The position numbers and the translations under genes are program-made. Below the pieces are notes generated by a model. The model made no database searches. It was not told the DNA's origin and saw only the letters and a list, made by a program, of their open reading frames with translations. DNA of 60,065 nucleotides from Candidatus Andersenbacteria bacterium RIFCSPHIGHO2_02_FULL_46_16 (GTDB lineage Bacteria > Patescibacteriota > Andersenbacteria > UBA10190): assembly GCA_001817065.1 (NCBI GenBank), contig MHHQ01000032.1:1-60065 (forward strand), given 5' to 3'. Below are positions 9,501 through 19,550 of this stretch, one piece after another. The stretch's first letter is position 1; every line of letters begins with the position of its first letter.

Positions 9501-10316
9501 ATGATTATTGACGCACATACTCACATCGGAGACATGGGTAAAGATGACCGTGTGGTGACCGTAGCTGATTTACTCGAGTCAATGGATGACGCGCATATTG
9601 ATATGTCTTTAATTCTCGCGAATGACATTATCGTACCGAATGATTGGCACGGCGTGACCGCTGATGATGTTCTAACCCAACGTGCAGAAAATGAGCGGAT
9701 AAAAGTAATCGGCAATATTTCCATCAGCCGAGATATCAAAGCTCAACTCATGCAACTCCAATCCCATATTGAAACTGGAGCCATCGTTGGGATTAAGATG
9801 TATCCTGGCTACGAAAACTTCGACTCCACAGACAAACGATTAATGCCGGTGTATGAGTTCTGCCAGAAATTGCATGTCCCCGTTATACTTCACACAGGAT
9901 TTCTCCTGCAGGGATCTTCTGGTATTCAAGAACAAGCTCATCCTAACAGTATTGGCAAGATTGCTACACTTTTTCCCGAGATCACCATAGTAATGGCTCA
10001 CTTTGGCAATCCTTGGACAATCGAGGCGGCTAAGATCATTGCACAACATCAAAACGTATATGCCGATCTTTCTGGGTTTTTTACGGAATATGATGAGCAT
10101 ATCTCATTAGATGAAAAGGCTGATTTTCAACAAAAAATGAAAGAATTTGTTCATATTACTGGCAATCTAAAAAAATGCCTTTTTGGTACTGATTGGCCGC
10201 TCTATAGCCAGAAGGAATACCTGGCGGCAATGCAAGAATTGCCGATGAATGATGAAGAGCGCGAGCTGGTGTTTTCGAAAAATGCGATTAAGGTATTTGG
10301 TCTCGAAAAGGAGTGA
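9501..10316 (+). CDS. metal-dependent amidohydrolase (TIM barrel)
   Basis: N-terminal IIDAHTHIG; later HTG and AHFG His motifs. Confidence 0.8.
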   Translation: MIIDAHTHIGDMGKDDRVVTVADLLESMDDAHIDMSLILANDIIVPNDWHGVTADDVLTQRAENERIKVIGNISISRDIKAQLMQLQSHIETGAIVGIKMYPGYENFDSTDKRLMPVYEFCQKLHVPVILHTGFLLQGSSGIQEQAHPNSIGKIATLFPEITIVMAHFGNPWTIEAAKIIAQHQNVYADLSGFFTEYDEHISLDEKADFQQKMKEFVHITGNLKKCLFGTDWPLYSQKEYLAAMQELPMNDEERELVFSKNAIKVFGLEKE

Positions 10317-11238
10317 TGGTGTATTTCTTTAATATCAGACAGGGACGATAGCCTTTTTTAGCTTCCCTTAATCCGGGCAGCCCAGCATCCTGCTCAAGGT
10401 TCAGGTAGCGACAACCACGAGCTGCTAGCGCTCGGGCTGTTTCCTGTCTCAAAAAAGGATAGATTCCTATAAATGAAGTAGCATCCGCTTTTTCAAAATG
10501 CAAGAGTGCGTATGACATGCCAACTACTTCGCTGATAGAAAATCCAATTAACTGGTTATCAACAAATACACCAATGGTGACAAGTTGAAACGACTTAGCA
10601 CTTTCCAGAAGGCGCTGGAATGGAAGAAACTCATCGACCTTCTCTGGCTCAAAGCCTTTCTGTTTTGCCCAGAACGAAAACAGTTCTTGGATCATCATTT
10701 GAACGTTGGGATTACCTAAATCACACTCATTCATGGTTGATCGATAAAGCTTGTGGAAACGATTTACAAAATTCTTCTTCCCTCGCAGTGAGCGACCTCC
10801 ATATGTCATGAGTTCGGGAATCGATAGAATATAATCAAAATTATTTGGGTCTTCCTTAATCGTAAACTGATCTGCTCTAATTCCTTGAATGCATTCCTCG
10901 GGTACTAAACGTAAAGTCTGCTTCTGGCCCTCACCATCAATAAAATCAAATAACTGGCCAAGGGCTTTTTGAGATATTTGATGGCCAAGAAATGAGTAAA
11001 AAGGCTCACCAGTAAAGTAGTCAGTAAATTTCACTATGAGGTTTTTATCGAGTTGGGAGAACTGCATCCCATTCTTTACATTCCAAATCCATAAACTGGT
11101 AAAATTGTAGTCTGAGTAAGGCAAAAAATCTTGCGTAAAGGATTCAATCGCAGACCGGTCTGCGAGCTCTATTTTTTTGAAATTTGGAAATTGAGGAATC
11201 ACGTTCGTCATACTATGGCAGTAATCACTATTTTTCAA
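10288..11238 (-). CDS. DUF2156 (MprF C-terminal, aminoacyl-tRNA transferase-like) domain protein, paralog 1
   Basis: FPNFKKIEL...PYSDYNFTSLWIWN...GEPFYSFLG; clear paralog of 23590-24498. Confidence 0.7.
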   Translation of the reverse strand: MKNSDYCHSMTNVIPQFPNFKKIELADRSAIESFTQDFLPYSDYNFTSLWIWNVKNGMQFSQLDKNLIVKFTDYFTGEPFYSFLGHQISQKALGQLFDFIDGEGQKQTLRLVPEECIQGIRADQFTIKEDPNNFDYILSIPELMTYGGRSLRGKKNFVNRFHKLYRSTMNECDLGNPNVQMMIQELFSFWAKQKGFEPEKVDEFLPFQRLLESAKSFQLVTIGVFVDNQLIGFSISEVVGMSYALLHFEKADATSFIGIYPFLRQETARALAARGCRYLNLEQDAGLPGLREAKKGYRPCLILKKYTITPFRDQIP

Positions 11239-11289
11239 ATAATTCGCTTTTCACTAGCCTAATGGCAGCTAATAAGGTAGTTTCAAAAA

Positions 11290-12366
11290 ATGAACGATAC
11301 CCCACCCATTGTGAATTCTTTTAATGAATGGGACCCCTTGGAGGAGGTTATTGTTGGCGTTATTGAGGGATCCACCATACCTGAATGGCATGTGACCCTT
11401 GAAGCAACTATGCCAAAAGAGCACCAAAACCTATTTCGCCAAAATGGCGGAAAATTATTCCCGGAGAGTCAAATATCTGCAGCTAAAAAAGAACTAGATG
11501 ATTTCTGCCACATACTAGAATCAGAAGGAGTTACTGTTCGCCGGCCTGATTCAACTTACTTTAATAAGCCATATTCTTCTCCGGAATGGACTGCTCAAGG
11601 TGGCTTCTATGCGGCGATGCCGAGAGACATATTACTAGTGATAGGTAATGAAATAATCGAATCTCCTATGGCGTGGAGATCCAGATACTTTGAGATTGTA
11701 GCCTACCGCTCTCTTCTAAAGGATTACTTTGAGAAGGGAGCAAAGTGGAGTGCGGGACCTAAGCCCTTGCTGAGTGACAGGCTTTATAATTATGACTACG
11801 GTAAAGACCCTAACCAGGATAAGTTAGAATACGCAATCACTGAACACGAACCTGTCTTTGATGCGGCCGATTTTCTACGGTGCGGAAAAGATGTCTTTGT
11901 GCAACAAAGCAATGTTACCAATCGGTTAGGTATTGAATGGTTACAAAGACACTTAGGGAGCACATACAGGATTCATACATTGCAGTTTGAAGACCAGCAT
12001 CCCATGCATATTGATGCAACTATTATGCCATTGGCCCCTGGTAAACTTCTCATCAATCCCGATAGAGTAAAGGAAATCCCTCCCATGTTTAAAGGCTGGG
12101 ATATTTTGCCTGCGCCTCGACCAGCTATCCCAGATGAACAACTGCTTTACTTTACAAGTAAATGGATCAGCATTAATGTTTTAATGCTTGATGAGAAAAG
12201 AGTGATTGTGGAGAAAAACGAACTACCATTAATAAGTTCCCTCAAACAGTGGGGATTTAAGGTAATCCTTTGTAGTTTCCGTAATTTTAATACATTTGGT
12301 GGCTCATTTCATTGCGCCACAGTAGACATAAGACGAAGAGGTACCCTCCAATCATATTTTGATTAG
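11290..12366 (+). CDS. amidinotransferase (glycine/inosamine amidinotransferase family)
   Basis: NEWDPLEEVIVG N-terminus and C-terminal GGSFHCATVDIRR (catalytic Cys). Confidence 0.85.
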   Translation: MNDTPPIVNSFNEWDPLEEVIVGVIEGSTIPEWHVTLEATMPKEHQNLFRQNGGKLFPESQISAAKKELDDFCHILESEGVTVRRPDSTYFNKPYSSPEWTAQGGFYAAMPRDILLVIGNEIIESPMAWRSRYFEIVAYRSLLKDYFEKGAKWSAGPKPLLSDRLYNYDYGKDPNQDKLEYAITEHEPVFDAADFLRCGKDVFVQQSNVTNRLGIEWLQRHLGSTYRIHTLQFEDQHPMHIDATIMPLAPGKLLINPDRVKEIPPMFKGWDILPAPRPAIPDEQLLYFTSKWISINVLMLDEKRVIVEKNELPLISSLKQWGFKVILCSFRNFNTFGGSFHCATVDIRRRGTLQSYFD

Positions 12367-12390
12367 TTCGAGACGCTTAAATTTACCAGA

Positions 12391-13596
12391 TCAAATTTTT
12401 CCAATTGCTCTCTCCAGTAAATCAATATCTCTTGTAACACAAATCCGTGTCCAAGAGCCTTCAATCATAGGATCAAGCATAAATGCCTCACTAGGATAAC
12501 TGGCTAAGCCTTTGTTCATATATTCCTTTACAAAATCTGATGCGGGAAGATCTTTGTAGTAGCGAAAGAAAACGCTATTACCGCCGTCGGGAGGAATGAC
12601 GTCTTTTATTTTCGGGTGACTCTTTAGTTTAGTAACTATACGTTTGTTGTACCGTTCTTGTAGGTTTCTATTATGCAAAATTGTTTCCGCATAGTCTGCA
12701 ATTTCTTGCTCTGAATAATACTTCAGATCAGCGTGTTTGGTTCCTGAAATTTCCTTGTAGCGTAATGCAATATCGAGAAGAAGTAGATAGTCTGAGATAA
12801 TGCCATTAGAAATATTTCTGACCATTTGAATTCTTTCAATGCTGGGGAGCAGTCTCTTGTCACCCACACAGTAACCGCAACGAATTCCAGTCATCCCTGG
12901 TCTATCTTTAGACGGACCAAAAAACTTTACATAGTTTTTATAGCTCCCATTGACCTCAGCGATATGGATTGGTTGTTTATCACTATACAGAGAATCAATA
13001 TAGATTTCATCAGACAATATGAAAAAATCATAGCGATGCGATAGCTTTACTAATTCAGCAACCCATTCACGAGAGAATGATTTACCTGTTGGGTTATTGG
13101 GATTAGAGAAAAGGACGGCCGCCGTTCTTCCATTCACAGCATTCTCTAGCTGCTCAACTGTCGGCAAATAATCATTATCACGTAAAGAATGGATTATAGT
13201 AGGTACTCCTTTCGCACTTTCAACCACGGAATGAAATATGGGGTACTCCGGCGAAAACAATATAACTTCTCGCTTATTATCGTCTAAGTTAAACACTGCT
13301 TGAAGCACAGGATATATAAGATTGCTAACCCCGCTTCCAATAAACGAAAAAGGTTGATCGCTTATGTTGCTTCGAGCTAGATACTTTTCATACTCAATCA
13401 CCAATTCTCTCAGGCGTTTAATGCCACCAAAGTCAGAATACGTTAGCCTGTGGTATTCAAATACCAAGTCAATGGCGCGTTTAAAGATTATGGGCATTTT
13501 AAATACGCGTGTATCATAGTCCATCCATTCCAGCCGTTCTAAGTCTTCAAATTCAAGAAATTTCTTCTCGTAGTCAAACATCCTTTTATAAATCAT
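12391..13596 (-). CDS. PLP-dependent aminotransferase, class I/II
   Basis: NPNNPTG and SKDRPGMTGIRCGY (PLP-Lys) motifs. Confidence 0.8.
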   Translation of the reverse strand: MIYKRMFDYEKKFLEFEDLERLEWMDYDTRVFKMPIIFKRAIDLVFEYHRLTYSDFGGIKRLRELVIEYEKYLARSNISDQPFSFIGSGVSNLIYPVLQAVFNLDDNKREVILFSPEYPIFHSVVESAKGVPTIIHSLRDNDYLPTVEQLENAVNGRTAAVLFSNPNNPTGKSFSREWVAELVKLSHRYDFFILSDEIYIDSLYSDKQPIHIAEVNGSYKNYVKFFGPSKDRPGMTGIRCGYCVGDKRLLPSIERIQMVRNISNGIISDYLLLLDIALRYKEISGTKHADLKYYSEQEIADYAETILHNRNLQERYNKRIVTKLKSHPKIKDVIPPDGGNSVFFRYYKDLPASDFVKEYMNKGLASYPSEAFMLDPMIEGSWTRICVTRDIDLLERAIGKI

Positions 13597-13610
13597 ATGG
13601 GAATAGCAAA

Positions 13611-14015
13611 TTATACATTCTTTTCAAACACGAAACCACGCCGAATTATTTTGACCTTAAATTTTCTGAGATCATACGTCGAAAACTCTCTTTTAATGGT
13701 ATCAATCGCAACTTTTGTTTTTGCCCATGTACTGCATGTAAAAAGGTCAATGGCGATATATTTCTCCTCCGGCCACGTATGAAAGGCAAGGTGAGATTCT
13801 GAAAGCAGATAAAAACCAGTCAATCCAAATCCTTTAAACTCATGAAATTCTTTTTTGATAACACTAAGTTGTGCACGGTGAACAACATTATCGATTTTCT
13901 GCCCGAATGTTGGTGAATAGTATAGTTCCTCTGGATAGTCCCCCAAAAAGATCTCAATCAGGGTATGATATCCGCGATTTTGATTATTTCTTCTCTTAGA
14001 AAAGATCTCTAACAT
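13611..14015 (-). CDS. speD: S-adenosylmethionine decarboxylase proenzyme (pyruvoyl, class 1)
   Basis: LSESHLAFHTWPE self-processing/active-site motif. Confidence 0.85.
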   Translation of the reverse strand: MLEIFSKRRNNQNRGYHTLIEIFLGDYPEELYYSPTFGQKIDNVVHRAQLSVIKKEFHEFKGFGLTGFYLLSESHLAFHTWPEEKYIAIDLFTCSTWAKTKVAIDTIKREFSTYDLRKFKVKIIRRGFVFEKNV

Positions 14016-14901
14016 AGCTGGCTGATTCTAAGCTTTTATTTTGGAAATTTGGGACAGTGAAAATGGATCGGAGATTCCGTGGAGTGATGAATTTTAGATC
14101 CATCTTGGAATTCATGAGTTTTTTAAATTGCCCTTCAGTCATATCTACGGGATTCAAGTGCTGATTGTTAGTGGCAAGCAAGAATCCCCAAGAACACTCA
14201 AAGAATGGTATATACGCCCGATAAGAAAAGACCTTAGTAAAAATATTTTGCATGAGTTTACTCATGGCTAAATGCTTGTGGTAGTGTATTTCGGTTAGCT
14301 CGGAAGAGTGCATAGCCAATATGCCGTTCGATTTTAACCTTCTTTTAATTAGTTCATAAAAATCAGCTTGTTTGTGAGCTTCCACCGCGCCAAGATTGAA
14401 AAAGTTGACATCAGTAATATCTGAAATTATCACATCGTATTGATTGTCTGTTCCTTTAAGGAAATCGCCTGCGTTTTTAAATTGTAAATGCACTTTCGGG
14501 TGGTTATACGAATTGTGATGCATTTCCTTAAGATGATTTTGAAATAGCTGAACTGCCTGACGATCAACATCAATAGCATCAATATTTTTGATAAATTCGT
14601 ACTTTAGTAACTCTCGCAAAGAAGCGCCCTCGCCAGCACCTAATACCAATATACGAAAATGGTCTGTGCGCTGGCTACAAACCATTGCAGGATGTACCAG
14701 ACATTCATGGTATATCCATTCATCTTTAACCGCGCTCTGTGGTATACCATCGATAAATAAGCACAATCCATAATCAAAGAGATCATAAATCTCTATCTTC
14801 TGAAAAGGTGTCTGCTCTTGCACTATAACTTCTTTAACCCGATGGCGGATTATCTCATTTGTACAGTAGGCATCTTCAGCCCATTCTTGCCGTAATAACA
14901 T
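13996..14901 (-). CDS. speE: spermidine synthase-like aminopropyltransferase
   Basis: ILVLGAGEGASLRELLK, DVIISD; N-terminal beta-hairpin domain (QKIEIYD). Confidence 0.8.
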   Translation of the reverse strand: MLLRQEWAEDAYCTNEIIRHRVKEVIVQEQTPFQKIEIYDLFDYGLCLFIDGIPQSAVKDEWIYHECLVHPAMVCSQRTDHFRILVLGAGEGASLRELLKYEFIKNIDAIDVDRQAVQLFQNHLKEMHHNSYNHPKVHLQFKNAGDFLKGTDNQYDVIISDITDVNFFNLGAVEAHKQADFYELIKRRLKSNGILAMHSSELTEIHYHKHLAMSKLMQNIFTKVFSYRAYIPFFECSWGFLLATNNQHLNPVDMTEGQFKKLMNSKMDLKFITPRNLRSIFTVPNFQNKSLESASYVRDLF

Positions 14902-14903
14902 TG

Positions 14904-15908
14904 CTAGTAGCTAGAATGAGGGTTAGCTCCAGTAATTGGTCGTGTCTGGAATATGTAGAGGTTCTTATCAGAAAAGGACCATTCAATGTCCTGAGGAGCT
15001 TGCATGACCTTTTCAATTCTTGATGCCGTTTTAGCAACAATCATAATCGCTTCTCCCGTGAGTTTTTGATTCTTCTGTTCTTCTTTATCTATATTCTTTT
15101 GTAGTTTCTTCCCTTTGTAACTAATGAGTTTTTTATTTTGAGAACCTTCCTCGATATCGATAATTATTCCTTTTCTCTTGTCGATCCAATATCTATCTGG
15201 TGTTACATCACCATGAACTAAAAGTTCACCAAGTCCCCAGATGGCTTCAATAACAATCAGATTGGAATCATGACTACCTGGATCTTTCGTAAAACATACC
15301 CCAGATACTTCACTATTGATCATTTGCTGAACAATCACGGCCATATCACTGGCAAAAGGCAAATTATGTTTATACGCGTACATCAACGCTCGGGGGGTGT
15401 AGAGAGATGCCCAACATTTCTTAATATGCTGCATGAGACCACTTGCATTGATAAAGGTGTAGGTATCGAATTCTCCTGCCCACGAGTGAGATTCTTGATC
15501 CTCGGAGGTCGCTGAGGATCGTACAGCTACATAGTTAGCATCAAGTTCTTGAAAAGCGGCATTAATTTCTTCCTCACCATGATGAGAAATTTCCAATTCT
15601 TCCACAAGTTCTCGTAAATTTTGAGACACGTAATCTACATTTTTCATTTTTGAATCTCGTAGCTCGGTAAGATGGCGATGTATTTTTCTATCTAATCCAT
15701 TTGAGGTTCTGATATCACTCAAAACTGTGGAAAGAACGACAAATCCATTCGGAACATCGATATGGTTAGTTACTAACGTTCCTAGGTTCAAGGCTTTGCC
15801 ACCTATCTTCTTTACGTCGAATTTATGTGCCTGCGCTAATGGTATAGTTACTTTTGCCATATCACATTGCCAATTAGATAATCGAAACCTTTGCATTAGT
15901 AGCATCAA
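14904..15908 (-). CDS. PEP/pyruvate-binding (PPDK_N, ATP-grasp) domain protein
   Basis: KIGGKALNLG, AVRSSATSED motifs. Confidence 0.8.
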   Translation of the reverse strand: MMLLMQRFRLSNWQCDMAKVTIPLAQAHKFDVKKIGGKALNLGTLVTNHIDVPNGFVVLSTVLSDIRTSNGLDRKIHRHLTELRDSKMKNVDYVSQNLRELVEELEISHHGEEEINAAFQELDANYVAVRSSATSEDQESHSWAGEFDTYTFINASGLMQHIKKCWASLYTPRALMYAYKHNLPFASDMAVIVQQMINSEVSGVCFTKDPGSHDSNLIVIEAIWGLGELLVHGDVTPDRYWIDKRKGIIIDIEEGSQNKKLISYKGKKLQKNIDKEEQKNQKLTGEAIMIVAKTASRIEKVMQAPQDIEWSFSDKNLYIFQTRPITGANPHSSY

Positions 15909-17043
15909 CCAGCAATTGCATGCCAGTTTTCAAGATCTTCGTTGCATAGGATGTTCCAACAATGCACGGTATCTTCATTTCTCGAGCAATTAAGGCTGCG
16001 TGAGAAGTTATGCCGCCTTCATCCGTAACGATAGCTGCTACATCTTTAAATACTGGGACTAGGTCTGGTGATGTCATAGGAGCCACTAATATACTGCCCT
16101 TCTCAAAGTCCTCTATAAATTTTCCATATTCCTCAGGAGTAGCAATAGAGGGCAACACCACGGCTTTGCCGATAACTTTTCCAGGATAAGCGGTCGAGCC
16201 TATAATCATATGTTCAGCTTGGCTGGGTAAAAAGGAGTTTCTAAAATCAGTAAATTGCCTACCAATAATTTCATTAACTTCAGTACCTTTGACGTGGAAA
16301 GCAAAGGAGTCCTTACGCTCATTTACAGTGTTGATATCAGGCTTTGTATTATTTAAGAGTAGATCTTTAAGTTCTCGGTAGTTAAGACTCGAAACTTGGG
16401 TCATCGCCAGATAGGATCTTCGGGCTGTTTCTTCCAGCAGAGCATCAGCGTAACGAGATGTGATTAAACTGTCTCGTTTTGCTTCAAATCGCTTCTTTGA
16501 TATCTCACCTAGAAGTTGGATTATGTGCTGAATCTCCTGATCAAGCGTCATACGCACTTCACCCCCCACTAATAGCTGAGCTTTTAGATACTCCTTTTTC
16601 TCCTTGTTCTTCTCCTGCTTATCTAAGAATTGGTCTACTTTCTTCTCAAGTAAGTCCAGATAATGCGGTTCTGTATAGCGATAGGAATACAAGAATCGCT
16701 TCATTAAGTTGAACAGTTCTTGATATAAAGCTAATAGGGCGCTATTGCTTGTTTTTTTGAGTGCTTGTTTTGAATAATGTTTCCTTTTCGCCTCTGTTTC
16801 TTTGGCGATATCCAAAAGATTTTTCTCAACATCAACATATTTATCTTGGACGAATAGAGACTCGCCAACCTTTCTTATCGTATCGATCTCTTGAGGAGTA
16901 GCATAGGCGCTGAGTTGGGTATGTTCGTACACTAGCACTCCTTCTTTTTGAAAATACGTTGGAGCAACCACGTTTTCTGTCCAGAGAAAGTCGATATAAC
17001 TTTCTCTCCAAAGAAAAACATATTCTTCTGCTGCCTTTTTCAT
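15874..17043 (-). CDS. protein with C-terminal PEP-utilising (swivelling phospho-His) domain
   Basis: GGITSHAALIAREMKIPCIVG. Confidence 0.8.
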   Translation of the reverse strand: MKKAAEEYVFLWRESYIDFLWTENVVAPTYFQKEGVLVYEHTQLSAYATPQEIDTIRKVGESLFVQDKYVDVEKNLLDIAKETEAKRKHYSKQALKKTSNSALLALYQELFNLMKRFLYSYRYTEPHYLDLLEKKVDQFLDKQEKNKEKKEYLKAQLLVGGEVRMTLDQEIQHIIQLLGEISKKRFEAKRDSLITSRYADALLEETARRSYLAMTQVSSLNYRELKDLLLNNTKPDINTVNERKDSFAFHVKGTEVNEIIGRQFTDFRNSFLPSQAEHMIIGSTAYPGKVIGKAVVLPSIATPEEYGKFIEDFEKGSILVAPMTSPDLVPVFKDVAAIVTDEGGITSHAALIAREMKIPCIVGTSYATKILKTGMQLLVDATNAKVSII

Positions 17044-18149
17044 AAATGTTGTGTTCGTACAATAAATTTCAGTTGGTTCGTTCTAACCAAATTAAACACA
17101 TCATAATTAGTCTCGGAAACTTTCTCGATTATTTTTCTTGATTGAGAGGCTGATATCTGATCAATATTAAGGTCGATATAAGCAACTCCTTCCTTAATAC
17201 TCACCTTTATCTTGTATGGCAGGACATGCCCTAAGACTTCTTGCAGAATTCCTTGCATGTTTTCTTGTCTGATTTTTACCCCATCTATCAGATAATGGGT
17301 TTTGCCAACCCGGCCACGTAGAATTAAGCGAGGATCCGTTAAACCACAGGAACATTTATCTCGCAGAATTTTTCCGGCATCGCCAGTGCAATACCGAATA
17401 ACAGGCTGTGCCTGACACATTAAATTAGTCATCACGATCTCGCCAAAGCTTCCATCAGGAATCAGTTTGTCACTTTTCAGAGACTTGATTTCCAAATAGA
17501 CTTTATCCTCGCGATAGTGATAGCCATTATGGTTTTTGCATTCCACGCCAATTACTCCTTCTGTCAGACCATAAGCATCAAATATCTCTGCATGATATAT
17601 TTTCTCTAACTTCGCTCTTTGTTTTTCGGTCATGGGTTCACCTGTAGTCTCTAGAATTTTGAAGTTCATCTTAGATAATATGTCGGCATATTCTTCAAGC
17701 TTTGAGGGCAGTGTGGAGATCACTGTTGGAGCAGTAGCATCCAACACTTCAGCAATTGCTTCTTTAGACCTTAAATCTATCGGTATTACAGAGTTACCAG
17801 CTGCAATATGACCAAGGCACGTAAGCGGTCCAACAGCCCAGAAAGAGTGATCCATCAGAACTGCCACTGTTTCGCCCCCAGCAATTCCTTCCACTTCACA
17901 AAACCATTTAATGTAATCAGCAGTATTTCGAATATCGCTTGAGTTGGAATAAAGTGCTTTAGGCTTCTTGGTTGTGCCACTCGTAAAATATACGCGTAAG
18001 TCATTCTCAAATCTGAAAAGTAATTCATTAATTTTTGTTTCAAGCACAGCCTCGCGCATGAAAGGCAAAGACCGTAAAAGAGTCGTGAAGTTCTTGCCCA
18101 AAACCCGCTCTCTCGCCTTATTTTCAATTTCGTTTAAAATCTGATTCAT
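17040..18149 (-). CDS. adenylate-forming enzyme, phenylacetate-CoA ligase / F390 synthetase-like
   Basis: FTSGTTKKPK; YGLTEG; PaaK-like size. Confidence 0.75.
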   Translation of the reverse strand: MNQILNEIENKARERVLGKNFTTLLRSLPFMREAVLETKINELLFRFENDLRVYFTSGTTKKPKALYSNSSDIRNTADYIKWFCEVEGIAGGETVAVLMDHSFWAVGPLTCLGHIAAGNSVIPIDLRSKEAIAEVLDATAPTVISTLPSKLEEYADILSKMNFKILETTGEPMTEKQRAKLEKIYHAEIFDAYGLTEGVIGVECKNHNGYHYREDKVYLEIKSLKSDKLIPDGSFGEIVMTNLMCQAQPVIRYCTGDAGKILRDKCSCGLTDPRLILRGRVGKTHYLIDGVKIRQENMQGILQEVLGHVLPYKIKVSIKEGVAYIDLNIDQISASQSRKIIEKVSETNYDVFNLVRTNQLKFIVRTQHL

Positions 18150-19540
18150 ACTCCCGAGCTTCTAAATTTTCTTAGATCACGAATTTCGACTTTTTTCTCT
18201 TGCGGTGGAGCATCCTTATTCATTGCTTGGATAATAATCGCTACGTTTGCATATCCTTCAAACATGACATCATTGAAATCCAACGATAACGTCCTGATAG
18301 CTTGGATTATCTCTTTAGTTAAAAGTTTTTTCTGCCTTTGTGTTGATACATCTTTTTCATTAAAGAAAACAGTAAATTCTATCAGATCTTTGCCGCCATT
18401 ATCGTCTTTGATCACAACATCACACTTTTGAATTTTGAGCTTGAGTCTGTCCAAAGCTTGTTCTACTTGATACGTATGGAGATTCACTCCTCCTGATATT
18501 TCGTAGTAGTCACTGTCTCTACCAGTCCACTGTAGTCTTGGCCAATCACTTCCGCATCTACATTTCTGGTAGTGAACCTTGCCACGATCTCCAACCTTAT
18601 ACCGAATAAGAGGAATTGCTTCCGAGGTTAAATTTGTTAATAAAATGGAACCCTCCAACTCGGTTGGTAAATAATTTTGAGGTTCAACCACTTCCACCAA
18701 TATTTGGTTAGGGTCAAAATGGTAGCCACATTGATACTGACACTCCATACCAACAAAACACTCGCTTGACCCATATGATGCCAGGAGATCAATATTGTAC
18801 TTGTCTTTATAGTAACCCCTTAGCTCGTCTGAAACGCGATCTCCTGAAATTATGACCTTCTCAATCGGTATTAGACTATCTTCCTCAATCGAACTTTCGA
18901 TAAACTTCAGAATACTAGGTGTTGTGGCTATTACATTAATATTCATTTGTTTAGCCTGATTCCATATATACCGCATGACATATTGGTCATTGCTAAGACC
19001 AGCGGGGAGAACATTGGACTCTAAAATATGAAAAGCATGCTGGGAAGAATGGCCAGCAGCCCAGGGGCCAAACGGTAATGCAATCCACACACTGTCAAAC
19101 TTCGTAATATTAGCAAGCCGGTAACAATTCGCGCGATATTCATTTCGGTCACGCCATTCTTTCTTGGTTACTGGAATAACTTTTGGCTTTTCGGTAGTGT
19201 CTCCAGTCAAAAAATAATAAGCGATATTATTCCGCTTAATAGACACGTTATTGTTTTCCAATAGTGACTTGTCAGCTGGTTTAAGTTTGAAGAAATCATC
19301 CCAACTAGCCGAACCCGCATCCCATATTCCTTTCCAGATCTGTTGATAATAACTAGAATTTTCGTGGGCTGCTTTCACCAATGACCATACGCTGGACAGA
19401 AGATGATCCTGATATGTTGTTTCGGATCTTAAATCAATATTCCTGTCACTTAATAAAATATCGTCCATAAGGCTAAAACTTGCATAGAATGTGGAATTTG
19501 GCAATATTGGCATACTATATAAAACCTGATATAGTCCCAA
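18146..19540 (-). CDS. second PaaK/F390 synthetase-like adenylate-forming enzyme (ATG at 19513 is the likelier start)
   Basis: LTGDTTEKPK, YGSSEC, RYKVGD motifs. Confidence 0.7.
   Translation of the reverse strand: MGLYQVLYSMPILPNSTFYASFSLMDDILLSDRNIDLRSETTYQDHLLSSVWSLVKAAHENSSYYQQIWKGIWDAGSASWDDFFKLKPADKSLLENNNVSIKRNNIAYYFLTGDTTEKPKVIPVTKKEWRDRNEYRANCYRLANITKFDSVWIALPFGPWAAGHSSQHAFHILESNVLPAGLSNDQYVMRYIWNQAKQMNINVIATTPSILKFIESSIEEDSLIPIEKVIISGDRVSDELRGYYKDKYNIDLLASYGSSECFVGMECQYQCGYHFDPNQILVEVVEPQNYLPTELEGSILLTNLTSEAIPLIRYKVGDRGKVHYQKCRCGSDWPRLQWTGRDSDYYEISGGVNLHTYQVEQALDRLKLKIQKCDVVIKDDNGGKDLIEFTVFFNEKDVSTQRQKKLLTKEIIQAIRTLSLDFNDVMFEGYANVAIIIQAMNKDAPPQEKKVEIRDLRKFRSSGV
19514..19535. promoter_or_regulatory. 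inverted repeat ACTATAT-N8-ATATAGT in the short divergent intergenic region
   Basis: Read directly between divergent starts 19513 (-) and 19551 (+). Confidence 0.3.
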
Positions 19541-19550
19541 AGATTACCAT

